A stretch of DNA of 64,000 nucleotides from Clostridia bacterium (GCA_045652705.1 JAZRUV010000008.1:24620-88619), one strand, 5' to 3'. Counted from the first letter of the stretch, positions 20,140 through 31,693 are shown. Numbers and translations are program-made. Notes: generated by a model not told the origin, from the letters alone.

Positions 20140-20159
20140 ATCTAAAGTTGTGTTATAAT
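20131..20159 (+). promoter_or_regulatory. sigma-A promoter overlapping the 3' end of the HipA-like gene
   Basis: TTGACA-17-TATAAT. Confidence 0.75.
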
Positions 20160-20212
20160 GTTAGTGCGTAAGCATAAAAACTTTCCACTAACTATGTGAA
20201 GGGGTGATAACA

Positions 20213-20497
20213 ATGATTAAGTACAATGTGTTTTACAAGGAAAATCGTATTGGCAAGCTGTACATCAATGAAGATGGTCAGTACAAGTATGTTGCAGATG
20301 AGGCGGCTATTAAGGAAGTTGAGGAAAACGAAAACGTATGCATCTATGCAGACGCAAGAAACAGCCGTGACTGGGGTGAACCCATCGCCTTCTTTGACAG
20401 CCGTATTGAAAACTGCAAGAGATTTGGTGAGACGGATACTGTAAAGTATCCTAATAGTGACTACTATTTCATCAAAGATAACCACCACAGAGAATAA
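20213..20497 (+). CDS. hypothetical protein, 94 aa
   Basis: ORF with promoter, SD (aaggggtg) and downstream terminator. Confidence 0.7.
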   Translation: MIKYNVFYKENRIGKLYINEDGQYKYVADEAAIKEVEENENVCIYADARNSRDWGEPIAFFDSRIENCKRFGETDTVKYPNSDYYFIKDNHHRE

Positions 20498-20500
20498 ATT

Positions 20501-20528
20501 AAGCGAGTATAAAAATACTCGCTTTTTT
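20501..20528 (+). terminator. intrinsic terminator
   Basis: aagcgagtat-aaaa-atactcgctt followed by T run. Confidence 0.85.
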
Positions 20529-20868
20529 CTTTAGTATGTTTTCTGTATAAGACATACTTGTCGGTAAAATCAACTGTGATTTTAACTGTCCGACCAAATC
20601 CAAGAAGTTTGTATTAAGATTAGGGTAGCTCTAAATACAAAACTTAAATTTATGCGCATAATAAAGTTTATCCCTCTTGGTATAACACAATACTACTATT
20701 ATATACAAAAAATGTCAATAACAGACAAATTAAAATTTGGTTACATTTTTGTTACAAATAGCCGATAGATAATTCATATTAAAATAAGGTGAGTTTTCAA
20801 AAATGTACCTATTATATATAAATAATAAAAATTATTTCAAAAATATTGCAAAATATTTCAAAAAACAC

Positions 20869-20897
20869 TTGCATTCCATATATTTGTGTGTTACAAT
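20869..20897 (+). promoter_or_regulatory. candidate S10-operon promoter
   Basis: TTGCAT-17-TACAAT ~200 nt upstream of rpsJ. Confidence 0.5.
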
Positions 20898-21097
20898 ATC
20901 TGTGTTGATTTGCGTTGAAGTGGTAGATGGCTATGCATAGACATAGGGAACTTCCATGGAGCATGTCTGATTTGAAATCGGGCGGCAAGTATTGAATTTG
21001 TATTTGCCAAATGTTAATTTGGCTTTATATTATGTCACAAATTTGAAACACACGGGGTAGTGTAAAACTTGCAAGTCCTTGAAATTATAGTAAAGGA

Positions 21098-21424
21098 GTG
21101 AAAAATATGGCAAAAACAAATGTATCAAAAATGAGAATAAGATTAAAAGCTTATGATCACGTAGTGCTAGAACAAACTGCGGCAAAGCTAGTTGAAGTAG
21201 CTAGAAATTCAGGAGCAGAGGTATCAGGTCCTGTACCACTACCAACTAGAAAAGAAATCGTAACTATTCTTCGTTCACCACACAAGCACAAAGATTCTAG
21301 AGAACAATTTGAAATAAGAACACACAAGAGAGTTATCGATGTTAAAGCACCAAATCAAGCAACAGTTGATGCGCTTATGGCAATAGATATGCCAGCTGGT
21401 GTTGAAATCGAAGTTAAACTTTAA
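21098..21424 (+). CDS. rpsJ: 30S ribosomal protein S10
   Basis: [39 protein letters not shown]. Confidence 0.97.
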   Translation: MKNMAKTNVSKMRIRLKAYDHVVLEQTAAKLVEVARNSGAEVSGPVPLPTRKEIVTILRSPHKHKDSREQFEIRTHKRVIDVKAPNQATVDALMAIDMPAGVEIEVKL

Positions 21425-21537
21425 TAATATTTAGTAGCAATCCTTGAGTCTCAAGGCAAGTGCATACCCTATACTAGATATGGCAAAATGGTTTTAACTT
21501 AAAAAGTTTAGTAAATTTTAAAGGGAGGAAAACAAAA

Positions 21538-22164
21538 ATGAAAGAACTTTATGGTAAAAAGTTAGGTATGACTCAAATTTTTAACGAAGACGGAACAGTT
21601 ATACCAGTAACAGTTATCGAAGCATACAAACTTGTGGTTGTTGGTAAAAAGACAGCTGACAAAGAAGGTTATAATGCAATCGTTGTTGGTTTCGGTGATG
21701 TTAAAGAAAACAGAGCAAACAAACCTCAAAAAGGTGTATTTGCAAAAGCAGGGGTACCTGTTAAAAAATACATAAAAGAAATTAAAGTAGAAAATCCAGA
21801 TGAATTCGAAATTGGTTCTGAAGTTACTTTAGAATGTTTAGAAGCTGGAGACCACGTAGATGTACATGGTATATCTAAAGGTAAAGGATTCCAAGGACCA
21901 ATCCACAGACATGGGTTACATAGAGGACCATCTACACACGGTTCTAACTATCACAGAAGACCAGGTTCTATGGGCGCTGGTACAAACCCAGGTAGAGTAT
22001 TCAAAGGTAAAAAACTAGCAGGTCATATGGGACATGTAAATCGTACAGCACTAAACCTTGAAGTAGTAAGAGTAGATATAGACAAAAATGCAGTATTAGT
22101 TAAAGGTTCTGTACCTGGAGCTAAGGGAGCAACTCTAAATATTACTAAGAGTGTAAAAGCTTAG
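21538..22164 (+). CDS. rplC: 50S ribosomal protein L3
   Basis: KKLGMTQIFNEDGTVIPVTVIEA; HRHGLHRGPSTHGSNYHRRPGSMGA. Confidence 0.98.
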   Translation: MKELYGKKLGMTQIFNEDGTVIPVTVIEAYKLVVVGKKTADKEGYNAIVVGFGDVKENRANKPQKGVFAKAGVPVKKYIKEIKVENPDEFEIGSEVTLECLEAGDHVDVHGISKGKGFQGPIHRHGLHRGPSTHGSNYHRRPGSMGAGTNPGRVFKGKKLAGHMGHVNRTALNLEVVRVDIDKNAVLVKGSVPGAKGATLNITKSVKA

Positions 22165-22181
22165 GAAAGGAGAAATAAGAA

Positions 22182-22802
22182 ATGCTTAAAACAGACGTAT
22201 TAGATATAACAGGAAAGAAAGTATCTGACATTGAGTTAAACGAAGCTGTTTTTGGAGTTGAAGTTAACGAAGTAGTAGTACACCAAGTACTAGTAAACTA
22301 CCTAGCTAATCAAAGACAAGGAACACAATCAACAAAAACTCGTGCAGAAGTACGTGGTGGTGGTATAAAACCATGGAGACAAAAAGGAACTGGTAGAGCA
22401 AGACAAGGTTCAATAAGAGCACCACAATGGATAAAAGGTGGTATCGCTTTAGGACCTAAACCTAGAGATTACAGATACAAATTACCTAAAAAAGTAAGAG
22501 CACTAGCTATAAAATCTGTTCTTACATCAAAACTTGCTGACAACAAACTTGTAGTAGTAGACAAAATGGAACTTAACGAAATTAAAACAAAAGAAATGGT
22601 TAAAGTATTAAATAACCTAAAAGCTGAAAAAGCATTAGTTGTTTTAAATGAAAAGAACCTAAATGTTCAAGCTTCTACAAGAAATATCGAAAAAGCTAAA
22701 GCAATAACAGTTAATACAATCAACATATATGATTTATTAAGATTTGAAACTTTAGTACTTGATGTAGAATCAGTTAAAAGATTAGAGGAGGTGTACGCTT
22801 AA
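22182..22802 (+). CDS. rplD: 50S ribosomal protein L4
   Basis: operon position; [29 protein letters not shown]. Confidence 0.98.
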   Translation: MLKTDVLDITGKKVSDIELNEAVFGVEVNEVVVHQVLVNYLANQRQGTQSTKTRAEVRGGGIKPWRQKGTGRARQGSIRAPQWIKGGIALGPKPRDYRYKLPKKVRALAIKSVLTSKLADNKLVVVDKMELNEIKTKEMVKVLNNLKAEKALVVLNEKNLNVQASTRNIEKAKAITVNTINIYDLLRFETLVLDVESVKRLEEVYA

Positions 22803-23173
22803 TGTTATACGCAGAAGATGTTATAATCAAGCCTATAATAACTGAAAAAAGTTATATGGAAATGGCTAATGGAAAATACACTTTCCAAACAAAAATAGAT
22901 GCAACTAAAATAGATATAAAGAATGCAGTTGAAACATTATTTAATGTTAAAGTGTTAAAAGTTAACACAATGAGATATGATGGAAAATCAAAAAGAGTTG
23001 GAGTACACCAAGGTAAAACAGCTGCTTGGAAAAAAGCAATTGTTACAATAGATACAAATCCTAAGGATGAAAAATATCTAGCTAAAGGTGGAAAAGAAGT
23101 TAAGCTTGGTAAAAAATACAACACAGAAATAGCAGAAATAAGCTCAGCATTCGCAAACGAGGGAGGAAACTAA
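22802..23173 (+). CDS. rplW: 50S ribosomal protein L23
   Basis: [24 protein letters not shown]; start overlaps rplD stop by 1 nt. Confidence 0.97.
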   Translation: MLYAEDVIIKPIITEKSYMEMANGKYTFQTKIDATKIDIKNAVETLFNVKVLKVNTMRYDGKSKRVGVHQGKTAAWKKAIVTIDTNPKDEKYLAKGGKEVKLGKKYNTEIAEISSAFANEGGN

Positions 23174-23174
23174 T

Positions 23175-24008
23175 ATGGGAATAAAAACATTTAGACCAAC
23201 AACTCCGTCTAGAAGAAATATGACAGCGCTTACTTATGATGAAATAACAAAATCATCTCCAGAAAAATCTCTTCTTACTACATTAAAGAAGAATGCTGGA
23301 AGAAATAACACAGGTAAGATAACTGTTAGACACCACGGTGGCGGACAAAGAAGAAAATATAGAATAATAGATTTTAAAAGAAATAAAACAGATATGTTTG
23401 CTACAGTTATTGGTATCGAATACGATCCAAACAGAAGTGCAAATATAGCATTAATTGAATATGAAGATGGAACAAAATCTTACATATTAGCACCAAAAGG
23501 TTTAACTGATGGAATGCAAGTTATATCTTCTGAAAAAGCAGATATAAAACCAGGAAACTGTTTACCAATAAGTGCAATTCCAGTTGGTACAGAAATACAC
23601 AACATAGAATTACACAAAGGTAAAGGTGGACAATTAGTAAGAACAGCAGGAGCAGCTGCTCAACTTATGGCTAAAGAAGGAAAATATGCTCACGTGAGAA
23701 TGCCATCTGGAGAAATGAGACTTATACCAGTTGTATGCTTTGCAACAGTTGGTGTGCTTGGAAATTCAGATCATGAAAACGTATCATATGGTAAAGCCGG
23801 AAGAACAAGACATATGGGTATAAGACCAACAGTAAGAGGATCTGTAATGAACCCTAACGATCACCCACACGGTGGTGGTGAAGGTAGAGCTCCAGTTGGA
23901 CACGCAGGACCTATGACTCCTTGGGGTAAACCAGCTTTAGGTTACAAGACTCGTAAGAAAAACCATAGAACAGATAAGTTCATAGTTAAGAGAAGAAATA
24001 GAAAGTAG
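23175..24008 (+). CDS. rplB: 50S ribosomal protein L2
   Basis: [21 protein letters not shown]-type motif ([24 protein letters not shown]). Confidence 0.98.
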   Translation: MGIKTFRPTTPSRRNMTALTYDEITKSSPEKSLLTTLKKNAGRNNTGKITVRHHGGGQRRKYRIIDFKRNKTDMFATVIGIEYDPNRSANIALIEYEDGTKSYILAPKGLTDGMQVISSEKADIKPGNCLPISAIPVGTEIHNIELHKGKGGQLVRTAGAAAQLMAKEGKYAHVRMPSGEMRLIPVVCFATVGVLGNSDHENVSYGKAGRTRHMGIRPTVRGSVMNPNDHPHGGGEGRAPVGHAGPMTPWGKPALGYKTRKKNHRTDKFIVKRRNRK

Positions 24009-24021
24009 GAGGTAACACACT

Positions 24022-24300
24022 ATGTCAAGATCACTAAAAAAAGGACCTTATGTAGATGCTAAACTTTTAGCTAGAATAGAAAAAATGAACGAAAATGACG
24101 AAAAAGTAGCACTTAAGACATGGTCAAGATCATCTACTATATATCCTCAAATGATAGGTCATACAATTGCAGTTCACGACGGAAGAAAACACGTACCTGT
24201 ATATGTAACTGAGGAAATGGTAGGACACAAACTAGGCGAATTCGCTCCAACAAGACTTTTCAGAGGTCATGCAGGAGACAAAAAGAGCAAAGTTAGATAA
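24022..24300 (+). CDS. rpsS: 30S ribosomal protein S19
   Basis: [21 protein letters not shown]. Confidence 0.98.
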   Translation: MSRSLKKGPYVDAKLLARIEKMNENDEKVALKTWSRSSTIYPQMIGHTIAVHDGRKHVPVYVTEEMVGHKLGEFAPTRLFRGHAGDKKSKVR

Positions 24301-24321
24301 TAAATTAGGAGGAAACAAGAA

Positions 24322-24657
24322 ATGGAAGCAAGAGCTGAATTAAAATTTGCAAGAATAAGTGCAAGAAAAGCTAAAATTGTTTTGGACCTAATTAAGGGAA
24401 AAGATGCTCATGAAGCGCTAGCAATACTTAAATATACAAACAAAGCTGCTAGCCCTATAGTTTCTAAAATCCTTAAATCTGCTATGGCTAACGCAACAAA
24501 CAATCATTCAATGAATGAAAACAAATTAGTAGTTGCTGAAGCTGTTGCAAATCAAGGGCCAACAATGAAAAGAATAAGTCCAAGAGCTCAAGGTAGAGCA
24601 TATAGAATAAGAAAAAGAACTAGCCATATAAGAATAGTTCTTAAAGAAGTAGAATAG
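24322..24657 (+). CDS. rplV: 50S ribosomal protein L22
   Basis: [23 protein letters not shown]. Confidence 0.97.
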   Translation: MEARAELKFARISARKAKIVLDLIKGKDAHEALAILKYTNKAASPIVSKILKSAMANATNNHSMNENKLVVAEAVANQGPTMKRISPRAQGRAYRIRKRTSHIRIVLKEVE

Positions 24658-24668
24658 GAGGAAACACG

Positions 24669-25328
24669 ATGGGTCAAAAAGTAAGTCCTCATGGTTTAAG
24701 AGTAGGCATAATAAAAGACTGGTCTTCTAAATGGTATGCAAACAAACAAAACTTTGCAGATTACCTAGTTGAAGATAACAAAATTCGTAAATATCTTAAA
24801 GAGACTTTAAAAACTGCTGGAATTTCTTCTATTAACATAGAAAGAAAATCATCAGAAGTAAAAGTAAACGTAGCTACTGCTAAGCCTGGTATGATAATAG
24901 GTAAAGGTGGTTCAGCTATAGAAGAACTTAAAAAGAAATTAGAAAAAATGACAGGTAAAACTGTATCATTAAATATCGAAGAAATCAAAAACATAGATAT
25001 GGATGCAACTTTAGTTGCTGAATCTATTGCTTCTCAATTAGAAAGAAGAATATCTTTTAGACGTGCAATGAAACAAGCAATGTCTAAAACTATGAAAGCT
25101 GGAGCTAAGGGTATAAAGACACAAGTGTCTGGACGTCTTGGTGGAGCTGAAATAGCAAGAGCTGAACACTACAGCGAAGGAACTATTCCTCTACAAACTT
25201 TAAGAGCAGACATAGATTATGGTTTTGCAGAAGCATTAACTACTTATGGTATCATAGGTGTTAAGGTATGGATATACAAAGGTGATATACTACCTGCAAA
25301 AAAAGAATCAAAAGGGGGTAACAAATAA
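24669..25328 (+). CDS. rpsC: 30S ribosomal protein S3
   Basis: [24 protein letters not shown]; KH domain [11 protein letters not shown]. Confidence 0.98.
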   Translation: MGQKVSPHGLRVGIIKDWSSKWYANKQNFADYLVEDNKIRKYLKETLKTAGISSINIERKSSEVKVNVATAKPGMIIGKGGSAIEELKKKLEKMTGKTVSLNIEEIKNIDMDATLVAESIASQLERRISFRRAMKQAMSKTMKAGAKGIKTQVSGRLGGAEIARAEHYSEGTIPLQTLRADIDYGFAEALTTYGIIGVKVWIYKGDILPAKKESKGGNK

Positions 25329-25765
25329 TGTTAGTACCTAAAAGAACAAAATTCAGAAAGATGCAAAAAGGTAGAATAAGAGGAAATGCTACTAGAGGAA
25401 CAAAACTAGTACATGGTGATTACGGAATAGTGGCTTGTGAGCCATCATTCATCACTAACAACCAAATAGAATCTGCCAGAGTTGTACTTTCAAAATACAC
25501 TAAAAAATACGGTAAAACTTGGATAACAATATTCCCAGATAAACCAATAACTAAAAAACCTGCAGAAACAAGAATGGGTTCTGGTAAAGGTAACCCAGAA
25601 TATTTCGTAGCAGTTGTTAAACCTGGAAGAGTAATGTTTGAAATAAGCGGCCTAGATGAAGCTACTTCAAGAGAAGCTTTAAGAAAGGCAATCCAAAAGC
25701 TTCCTATAAAATGTAAGATACTTACAAAGGAAGAAAGCTTAGGAGGTAACGACAGTGAAGAATAA
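25328..25765 (+). CDS. rplP: 50S ribosomal protein L16
   Basis: [19 protein letters not shown]. Confidence 0.98.
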   Translation: MLVPKRTKFRKMQKGRIRGNATRGTKLVHGDYGIVACEPSFITNNQIESARVVLSKYTKKYGKTWITIFPDKPITKKPAETRMGSGKGNPEYFVAVVKPGRVMFEISGLDEATSREALRKAIQKLPIKCKILTKEESLGGNDSEE

Positions 25766-26066
25766 TAGATTAAATGATTACAAAAAAATGGATGAAGCAG
25801 CACTTTTAGAAGAGCTTAAGGCTTTAAAATCTGAACTTTTCAAATTGAGACTTTCTCATGCAATGAATGGTTTAGATAATCCAAACAAAATAACAGAAAC
25901 TAAGAGAAATATAGCAAGAGTTAACACAATACTTACTATCAAGAAAAATGGTGGTGAAGTTGTAGTTAAAGAAGCTACAAAAAAAGCACCTGCTAAAAAA
26001 GCAGCGGCTAAAAAAACAACTAAAGCAGCAAAAACAGAAAAAGAAGCTGCAAAGTCAGAAGAGTAG
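25755..26066 (+). CDS. rpmC: 50S ribosomal protein L29 with Lys/Ala-rich C-terminal tail
   Basis: [30 protein letters not shown]; tail [28 protein letters not shown]. Confidence 0.93.
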   Translation: MKNNRLNDYKKMDEAALLEELKALKSELFKLRLSHAMNGLDNPNKITETKRNIARVNTILTIKKNGGEVVVKEATKKAPAKKAAAKKTTKAAKTEKEAAKSEE

Positions 26067-26078
26067 GAGGATAAACTA

Positions 26079-26333
26079 GTGGAAAGAAATGCAAGAAAAA
26101 CTAAAATAGGTAAAGTAGTTTCAAATAAAATGGATAAAACTATAGTTGTAAGAATTGACACTAAGTTTAAACATCCACTTTATAACAAAATCATGAACAA
26201 AACTTTAAAAGTAAAAGCTCATGATGAAGAAAATGTTTGTGGTATCGGTGATACAGTTGAAATAATGGAAACTAGACCACTAAGCAAAGATAAAAGATAT
26301 AGACTAGTTAGAATAGTAGAAAAAGCTAAATAA
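26079..26333 (+). CDS. rpsQ: 30S ribosomal protein S17
   Basis: [24 protein letters not shown]. Confidence 0.97.
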   Translation: MERNARKTKIGKVVSNKMDKTIVVRIDTKFKHPLYNKIMNKTLKVKAHDEENVCGIGDTVEIMETRPLSKDKRYRLVRIVEKAK

Positions 26334-26351
26334 TGAAAAGGAGGAACTACT

Positions 26352-26720
26352 ATGATACAACAACAATCAGTTGTTAATGTCGCTGATAACACAGGAGCAA
26401 AAAAATTAATGTGTATTAGAGTTCTTGGTGGACACCATAGAAAATGGGGTAACATCGGAGACGTAATCGTAGCTTCTGTTAAACAAGCAACACCAGGTGG
26501 CGTTGTAAACAAAGGTGACGTTGTAAAAGCAGTAATTGTAAGATCTAAAACAGGACTTAAACGTGCTGATGGATCATATATAAAATTTGATGAAAATGCA
26601 GCTGTTATAATAAAAGATGATAAGACTCCAAAAGGAACTCGTATCTTTGGACCAGTTGCAAGAGAGCTAAGAGATAAAGATTATATGAAAATTATATCTC
26701 TAGCACCTGAAGTACTTTAG
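26352..26720 (+). CDS. rplN: 50S ribosomal protein L14
   Basis: [27 protein letters not shown]. Confidence 0.98.
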   Translation: MIQQQSVVNVADNTGAKKLMCIRVLGGHHRKWGNIGDVIVASVKQATPGGVVNKGDVVKAVIVRSKTGLKRADGSYIKFDENAAVIIKDDKTPKGTRIFGPVARELRDKDYMKIISLAPEVL

Positions 26721-26733
26721 GAGGTAAAGCATA

Positions 26734-27072
26734 ATGGTTAAGAATATTAAAAACGAAGCTAAAATCAAACTTAATGTTGACGATACTGTTATCGTAAACA
26801 CTGGTGTAGATAAAGGCAAAAAAGGTAAAATACTAAAAGTACTAAGAGCAGACAACAAAGTAATTGTTCAAGGTGTTAACGTTAGAACAAAACACGTTAA
26901 ACCTAGAAAACAAGGTCAAGAATCTGGAATACTTAAAGTTGAATCTCCAGTTCATGTTTCTAAAGTAAATTACTACTGTCCAAAATGTGAAAAAGGTGTA
27001 AAACTTGGAGTTAAAGTTGTTGACGGTAAGAGAATAAGAGTATGCAGAAAATGTAATACTGAAATTAAATAA
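26734..27072 (+). CDS. rplX: 50S ribosomal protein L24
   Basis: KOW motif DTVIVNTGVDKGKKGKILKVL. Confidence 0.96.
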   Translation: MVKNIKNEAKIKLNVDDTVIVNTGVDKGKKGKILKVLRADNKVIVQGVNVRTKHVKPRKQGQESGILKVESPVHVSKVNYYCPKCEKGVKLGVKVVDGKRIRVCRKCNTEIK

Positions 27073-27085
27073 GGAGGACGCATAA

Positions 27086-27625
27086 ATGGATCTTAAAGAA
27101 AGATACATAAAAGAAGTTGTACCTGCATTAATGACTAAATTTAATTACAAATCTGTAATGCAAGTACCTAAACTAGAAAAAATAGTTATAAATATGGGTG
27201 TTTCTGACGTTAAAGATAACTCAAAAGCATTAGATATTGCAATGAAAGATCTTGAAACAATAACAGGACAAAAACCTCTTGTAACAAAAGCTAGAAAATC
27301 TATAGCTGCCTTCAAATTAAGAGAAGGAATGAATATCGGATGCAAAGTAACTCTAAGAAGAGAAAAAATGTACGATTTCGCTACAAGATTATTTAATGTT
27401 GCACTTCCAAGAGTAAGAGATTTCAAAGGTGTACCTGCAAAATCTTTTGACGGAAGAGGAAACTATGCTTTTGGTATCAAAGAGCAAATGATATTCCCAG
27501 AAATTGAATTCGATAAGGTAGATAAAGCACGTGGTATGGATGTTATATTCGTGACAACTGCAAAATCTGATGAAGAAGCTAAAGCTTTATTAGAACTATT
27601 AGGACTACCTTTCGCAAAGAATTAA
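27086..27625 (+). CDS. rplE: 50S ribosomal protein L5
   Basis: [39 protein letters not shown]. Confidence 0.97.
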   Translation: MDLKERYIKEVVPALMTKFNYKSVMQVPKLEKIVINMGVSDVKDNSKALDIAMKDLETITGQKPLVTKARKSIAAFKLREGMNIGCKVTLRREKMYDFATRLFNVALPRVRDFKGVPAKSFDGRGNYAFGIKEQMIFPEIEFDKVDKARGMDVIFVTTAKSDEEAKALLELLGLPFAKN

Positions 27626-27637
27626 GGAGGAATTAAG

Positions 27638-27823
27638 ATGGCTAAAAAATCAATGATAGCTAAACAACAAAGAACACCTAAGTTTAGCACAAGATATTAC
27701 AATAGATGTAAATTGTGCGGAAGACCACATGCCTATATAAGAAAATATGGTATCTGCCGTATATGCTTTAGAGAATTAGCATACAAAGGTGAAATACCAG
27801 GTGTTAAAAAGGCTAGCTGGTAG
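27638..27823 (+). CDS. rpsZ: 30S ribosomal protein S14, zinc type
   Basis: [38 protein letters not shown]. Confidence 0.96.
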   Translation: MAKKSMIAKQQRTPKFSTRYYNRCKLCGRPHAYIRKYGICRICFRELAYKGEIPGVKKASW

Positions 27824-27840
27824 TAAGGAGGAACGTAAAA

Positions 27841-28236
27841 ATGAATTTAACAGATCCTATAGCAGATATGTTAACAAGAATAAGAAACGCAGTTAGAGCA
27901 AAACATACAACAGTTGACGTTCCTTATTCTAAAGTTAAAAACGAAATAGCTAAAATTCTACTTGATGAAGGTTTTGTAGCTGACATCGAAACAGTAGAAA
28001 ATGGGGTAAACAAAAATATAAGAATAACTCTTAAATATAAAGATTCTAAATCTGTAATTCAAGGTCTTAAGAGAATATCTAAACCAGGTCTAAGAATATA
28101 TGCAGAAAAAGAAGAATTACCAAGAGTATTAAATGGACTAGGAATTGCAATTATTTCTACATCAAAAGGAATTGTTACAGATAAAGTAGCAAGAAATAAC
28201 AACGTTGGTGGCGAAGTAATGGCATACATCTGGTAG
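27841..28236 (+). CDS. rpsH: 30S ribosomal protein S8
   Basis: [22 protein letters not shown]; GGEVMAYIW. Confidence 0.98.
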   Translation: MNLTDPIADMLTRIRNAVRAKHTTVDVPYSKVKNEIAKILLDEGFVADIETVENGVNKNIRITLKYKDSKSVIQGLKRISKPGLRIYAEKEELPRVLNGLGIAIISTSKGIVTDKVARNNNVGGEVMAYIW

Positions 28237-28254
28237 TAAGGGAGGAAAAGTATA

Positions 28255-28791
28255 ATGTCTAGAATAGGAAATAAACCTATAACACTTCCAGCAGGTGCAG
28301 AATGTACAGTTACTGGAAATCACGTTGTAGTAAAAGGACCAAAAGGAACTCTAGAAATGGACGCTGTAAAAGAAATTGCAGTTAAAGTTGAAGGTTCTGA
28401 AATTATAGTTACTAGAGATAGTGACGCACACAAAGCATTACATGGACTAACTAGATCCCTTATAGCAAATATGGTTACTGGTGTAACTGAAGGTTTCGAA
28501 AAGAAACTTGAAATAAACGGTGTTGGTTACAGAGCAGCTAAACAAGGAAACAAACTTGTTTTAACTCTAGGATACTCTCATCCAGTTGAAGTTGAAGATA
28601 CTGCAACTGTTAAAACTGAAGTACCTGACCCTAACACAATACTTGTTAAAGGAATCAACAAACAAGAAGTTGGTCAATTTGCAGCAGAAATCAGAGAATA
28701 CAGATTACCTGAACCATACAAGGGCAAAGGAATCAAATATTCTGATGAAAGAATAAGAAGAAAAGAAGGAAAAGCCGGCGGCAAGAAGTAA
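28255..28791 (+). CDS. rplF: 50S ribosomal protein L6
   Basis: [14 protein letters not shown]; [17 protein letters not shown]. Confidence 0.98.
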   Translation: MSRIGNKPITLPAGAECTVTGNHVVVKGPKGTLEMDAVKEIAVKVEGSEIIVTRDSDAHKALHGLTRSLIANMVTGVTEGFEKKLEINGVGYRAAKQGNKLVLTLGYSHPVEVEDTATVKTEVPDPNTILVKGINKQEVGQFAAEIREYRLPEPYKGKGIKYSDERIRRKEGKAGGKK

Positions 28792-28803
28792 GGAGGATAA
28801 AAA

Positions 28804-29163
28804 ATGAGAAGTAGAGATAGCAAAGAGTCAAAAAGACTTGCAAGACAAAAAAGAGTAAGAGCTACTGTTAAAGGTACATCTTCTAGACCAAGACTTTGCG
28901 TATTTAAAAGTTTAACTAATATATACGCACAAGTTATAGATGATGAAAACCAAGTTACACTTGTTTCTGCCTCAACTTTGGATGCCGACGTAAAAACTAA
29001 AGCTTCTAACGTTGAAGCAGCTAAAGAAGTGGGAACACTTGTTGCAAAACGTGCACTAGAAAAGAAAATAGATACAGTAGTATTTGATAGAAATGGTTAC
29101 TTATACCATGGAAAAGTTAAAGAATTAGCAGAAGCTGCAAGAGCAGCAGGACTTAAGTTTTAA
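28804..29163 (+). CDS. rplR: 50S ribosomal protein L18
   Basis: [26 protein letters not shown]. Confidence 0.97.
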   Translation: MRSRDSKESKRLARQKRVRATVKGTSSRPRLCVFKSLTNIYAQVIDDENQVTLVSASTLDADVKTKASNVEAAKEVGTLVAKRALEKKIDTVVFDRNGYLYHGKVKELAEAARAAGLKF

Positions 29164-29183
29164 GGTTAGGAGGAAAATGTGTA

Positions 29184-29717
29184 ATGACTGATACAAAGAA
29201 ACAAAGCAGACCACGTAGAGAAAGAAGAGAAGAAGTTAAACCTGAATTCAAAGAAAAAGTTGTTTACGTTGGCCGTGTAGCTAAAGTTGTTAAAGGTGGA
29301 AGAACTTTTAGATTTAGCGTACTTGTAGTTGTTGGTGATGAAAAAGGAAGAATTGGTGTTGGTTCAGGAAAAGCGTCAGAAGTTCCAGAAGCAATCAAAA
29401 AAGCTACAGATGCAGCTAAGAAAAATCTAGTAAACGTTCCTATCGTTAAAGGAACAGTACCTCACGAATATACTAAAAAACTTGGTTCTTCAATAGTAAT
29501 TATCAAGCCAGCTCCAGAAGGTACAGGTGTTATCGCTGGTGGAGCAGTAAGACCAGTTCTTGAACTTGCAGGAGTTAAGAATGTTACAGCTAAAACATTA
29601 GGTTCTCGTAACAGCAGAAACGTAGTACTTGCTACAGTAGCAGCACTTCAAGAAATGAGAACAGCTGAACAAGTGGCTGAAGCTAGAGGAATTACAGTAG
29701 AAAAATTATTCAAATAA
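29184..29717 (+). CDS. rpsE: 30S ribosomal protein S5
   Basis: [37 protein letters not shown]. Confidence 0.97.
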   Translation: MTDTKKQSRPRRERREEVKPEFKEKVVYVGRVAKVVKGGRTFRFSVLVVVGDEKGRIGVGSGKASEVPEAIKKATDAAKKNLVNVPIVKGTVPHEYTKKLGSSIVIIKPAPEGTGVIAGGAVRPVLELAGVKNVTAKTLGSRNSRNVVLATVAALQEMRTAEQVAEARGITVEKLFK

Positions 29718-29742
29718 TAGTGTAGGAAGGAGGATTACCTAA

Positions 29743-30180
29743 ATGGAAATGCATGATTTAGGACCAGCTGTAAAAGCTAAATCTCGCAGTAGAGTTGGTC
29801 GTGGAATTGGTAGCGGTAACGGAAAAACTGCTGGTAAAGGACACAAAGGTCAAAAAGCTAGAACAGGTGGAAAAATAAGAAGAGGATTCGAAGGAGGACA
29901 AACTCCTTTATACAGAAGAATTCCAAAACGTGGATTCAACAATATATTTAGTATCGAATATGCAACTGTTAATGTTTCAGATTTAGAAAGATTTGAAGAA
30001 GGAACAGTAGTTAATATGGAACTTCTATTAAATGAAGGAATAGTAAGAAAAGAATTAGCAGGACTTAAAGTTCTAGGTAATGGAAACTTAACTAAAAAAC
30101 TTACAGTTGAAGCTAAAAAATTCACAGCATCAGCTAAAGAAAAGATAGAAGCAGTAGGTGGAAAGATAGAGGTGAAATAG
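29743..30180 (+). CDS. rplO: 50S ribosomal protein L15
   Basis: [28 protein letters not shown]; follows rpsE directly. Confidence 0.97.
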   Translation: MEMHDLGPAVKAKSRSRVGRGIGSGNGKTAGKGHKGQKARTGGKIRRGFEGGQTPLYRRIPKRGFNNIFSIEYATVNVSDLERFEEGTVVNMELLLNEGIVRKELAGLKVLGNGNLTKKLTVEAKKFTASAKEKIEAVGGKIEVK

Positions 30181-30181
30181 T

Positions 30182-31492
30182 ATGTTTGATACTCTAAAAA
30201 AGATGTTTACAGTAAAAGACATCAGAAAAAAAATACTATACACAATATTTATTATTATATTATTCCGTATAGGTACATATATAACTGTACCAGGAATAAA
30301 TAAACTTGCATTCGTAGAAGCAGTAGAGGCACAATCTGGAGGAATATTAGGTACAATTAATATTATTTCCGGTGGTGCGTTCAACAGACTTTCTATATTT
30401 GCAATGACAATATCACCATATATTACTGCATCGATCGTATTAAACCTTTTGCAAACAGTAGTACCGTCTTTAGAAAAACTTGCTAAAGAAGGTGAAACTG
30501 GTAGACAAAAGCTAGCACAATACACAAAGTTATTAACAATAGCATTTGCAGTAGTTGAGGCGATAGGATTATACTTAAATTATAAAACATATTTATTACC
30601 AGCTATGTCATATGGTATTTACCAAGTGTTTGGTATGATATTATTTGTAGTTTGCTTAACAGCTGGTACAGCACTACTTATGTGGTTATCAGATAAAATT
30701 ACAGAAAACGGAATTGGTAATGGTACTTCAATGATTATCTTCGTTGGTATCGTATCTGGAGCACCAGGTGCAATTACAGCATTATCTGCTTTTGCAGCAC
30801 AAAGTAAATGGAACATTTTACTTGTTATAGCGGTAGTTATAGCATTTGTAATACTTCTTGGTGGAGTAATATTTGTACAACAAGCTGAAAGAAGAATACC
30901 AGTAAACTATGCAAAAAGAGTTGTTGGTAGAAAAATGTTTGGTGGACAAAACACTCATATACCACTAAAAGTGGCTATGGCGGGAGTTATGCCAATAATA
31001 TTTGCTATGTCATTTATGATGATACCAGCAACAATAATACAACTTGTAACTAAAGGTGCAGCAACAGGATTTTGGGGAGCAGTTCTTAAAGTTTGTTCAG
31101 CATCTACAGAATCAATTTGGTACTTAGTTGCTTATGCAGTAATTTACATGTTATTAATAGTAGGATTTACATTTGTATACACAATGTTTACTGTGAATCC
31201 TGTGGAAATGTCTAACAATTTAAAACAAAATGGTGGATTCATTCCTGGAATTAGAGCAGGTAAAAATACAGCAGAATATATAAACAAAGTACTAAAAAAT
31301 ATAACTTGGGCAGGAGCAGTGTTCCTAGCACTAGTTGCGGTATTACCAGTTGTATGTCAAGCAGCAATGCCAAGCTTAAGTATATCTTTTGGAGGAACAT
31401 CAATACTTATCGTAGTAAGTGTTGCATTAGAAACTCTTAAAGTTATTGAATCACAAATGGTAAGCAGACATTATGATGGTTTCTTAAACTAA
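30182..31492 (+). CDS. secY: preprotein translocase subunit SecY
   Basis: multi-TM SecY sequence; FRIGTYITVPGIN; PITIYGYR-class C-term MVSRHYDGFLN. Confidence 0.97.
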   Translation: MFDTLKKMFTVKDIRKKILYTIFIIILFRIGTYITVPGINKLAFVEAVEAQSGGILGTINIISGGAFNRLSIFAMTISPYITASIVLNLLQTVVPSLEKLAKEGETGRQKLAQYTKLLTIAFAVVEAIGLYLNYKTYLLPAMSYGIYQVFGMILFVVCLTAGTALLMWLSDKITENGIGNGTSMIIFVGIVSGAPGAITALSAFAAQSKWNILLVIAVVIAFVILLGGVIFVQQAERRIPVNYAKRVVGRKMFGGQNTHIPLKVAMAGVMPIIFAMSFMMIPATIIQLVTKGAATGFWGAVLKVCSASTESIWYLVAYAVIYMLLIVGFTFVYTMFTVNPVEMSNNLKQNGGFIPGIRAGKNTAEYINKVLKNITWAGAVFLALVAVLPVVCQAAMPSLSISFGGTSILIVVSVALETLKVIESQMVSRHYDGFLN

Positions 31493-31614
31493 CACTCAAG
31501 TGTGAGTAAGTATAATATATACAAAAATATAATAAAAAAGGTTGTTCGAGGTTTATACTTTGGGCATCTTTTTTTGTCGAAAATCATCTGTTTTTGCAAG
31601 TTTTATGTAATCTA

Positions 31615-31643
31615 TTTACTTTTCTTCCTTACTGTGATATAAT
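31615..31643 (+). promoter_or_regulatory. candidate promoter
   Basis: TTTACT-17-TATAAT preceded by TGTGA. Confidence 0.5.
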
Positions 31644-31693
31644 ATATAAAGTTGATTTTATGCTCTAAAATAAATATTATAGGAGGAACAAGA

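Noticed and set aside
20926-21000. tRNA-like (Ser/Sec) gene in the rpsJ leader because of ctgaTTTGAAAtcgg
   Set aside because: No acceptor pairing, no GGTTCRANTCC T-arm; better explained as leader secondary structure.
17915-28000. Minus-strand ORFs overlapping thyX and ribosomal genes
   Set aside because: Antisense shadows of highly conserved genes.
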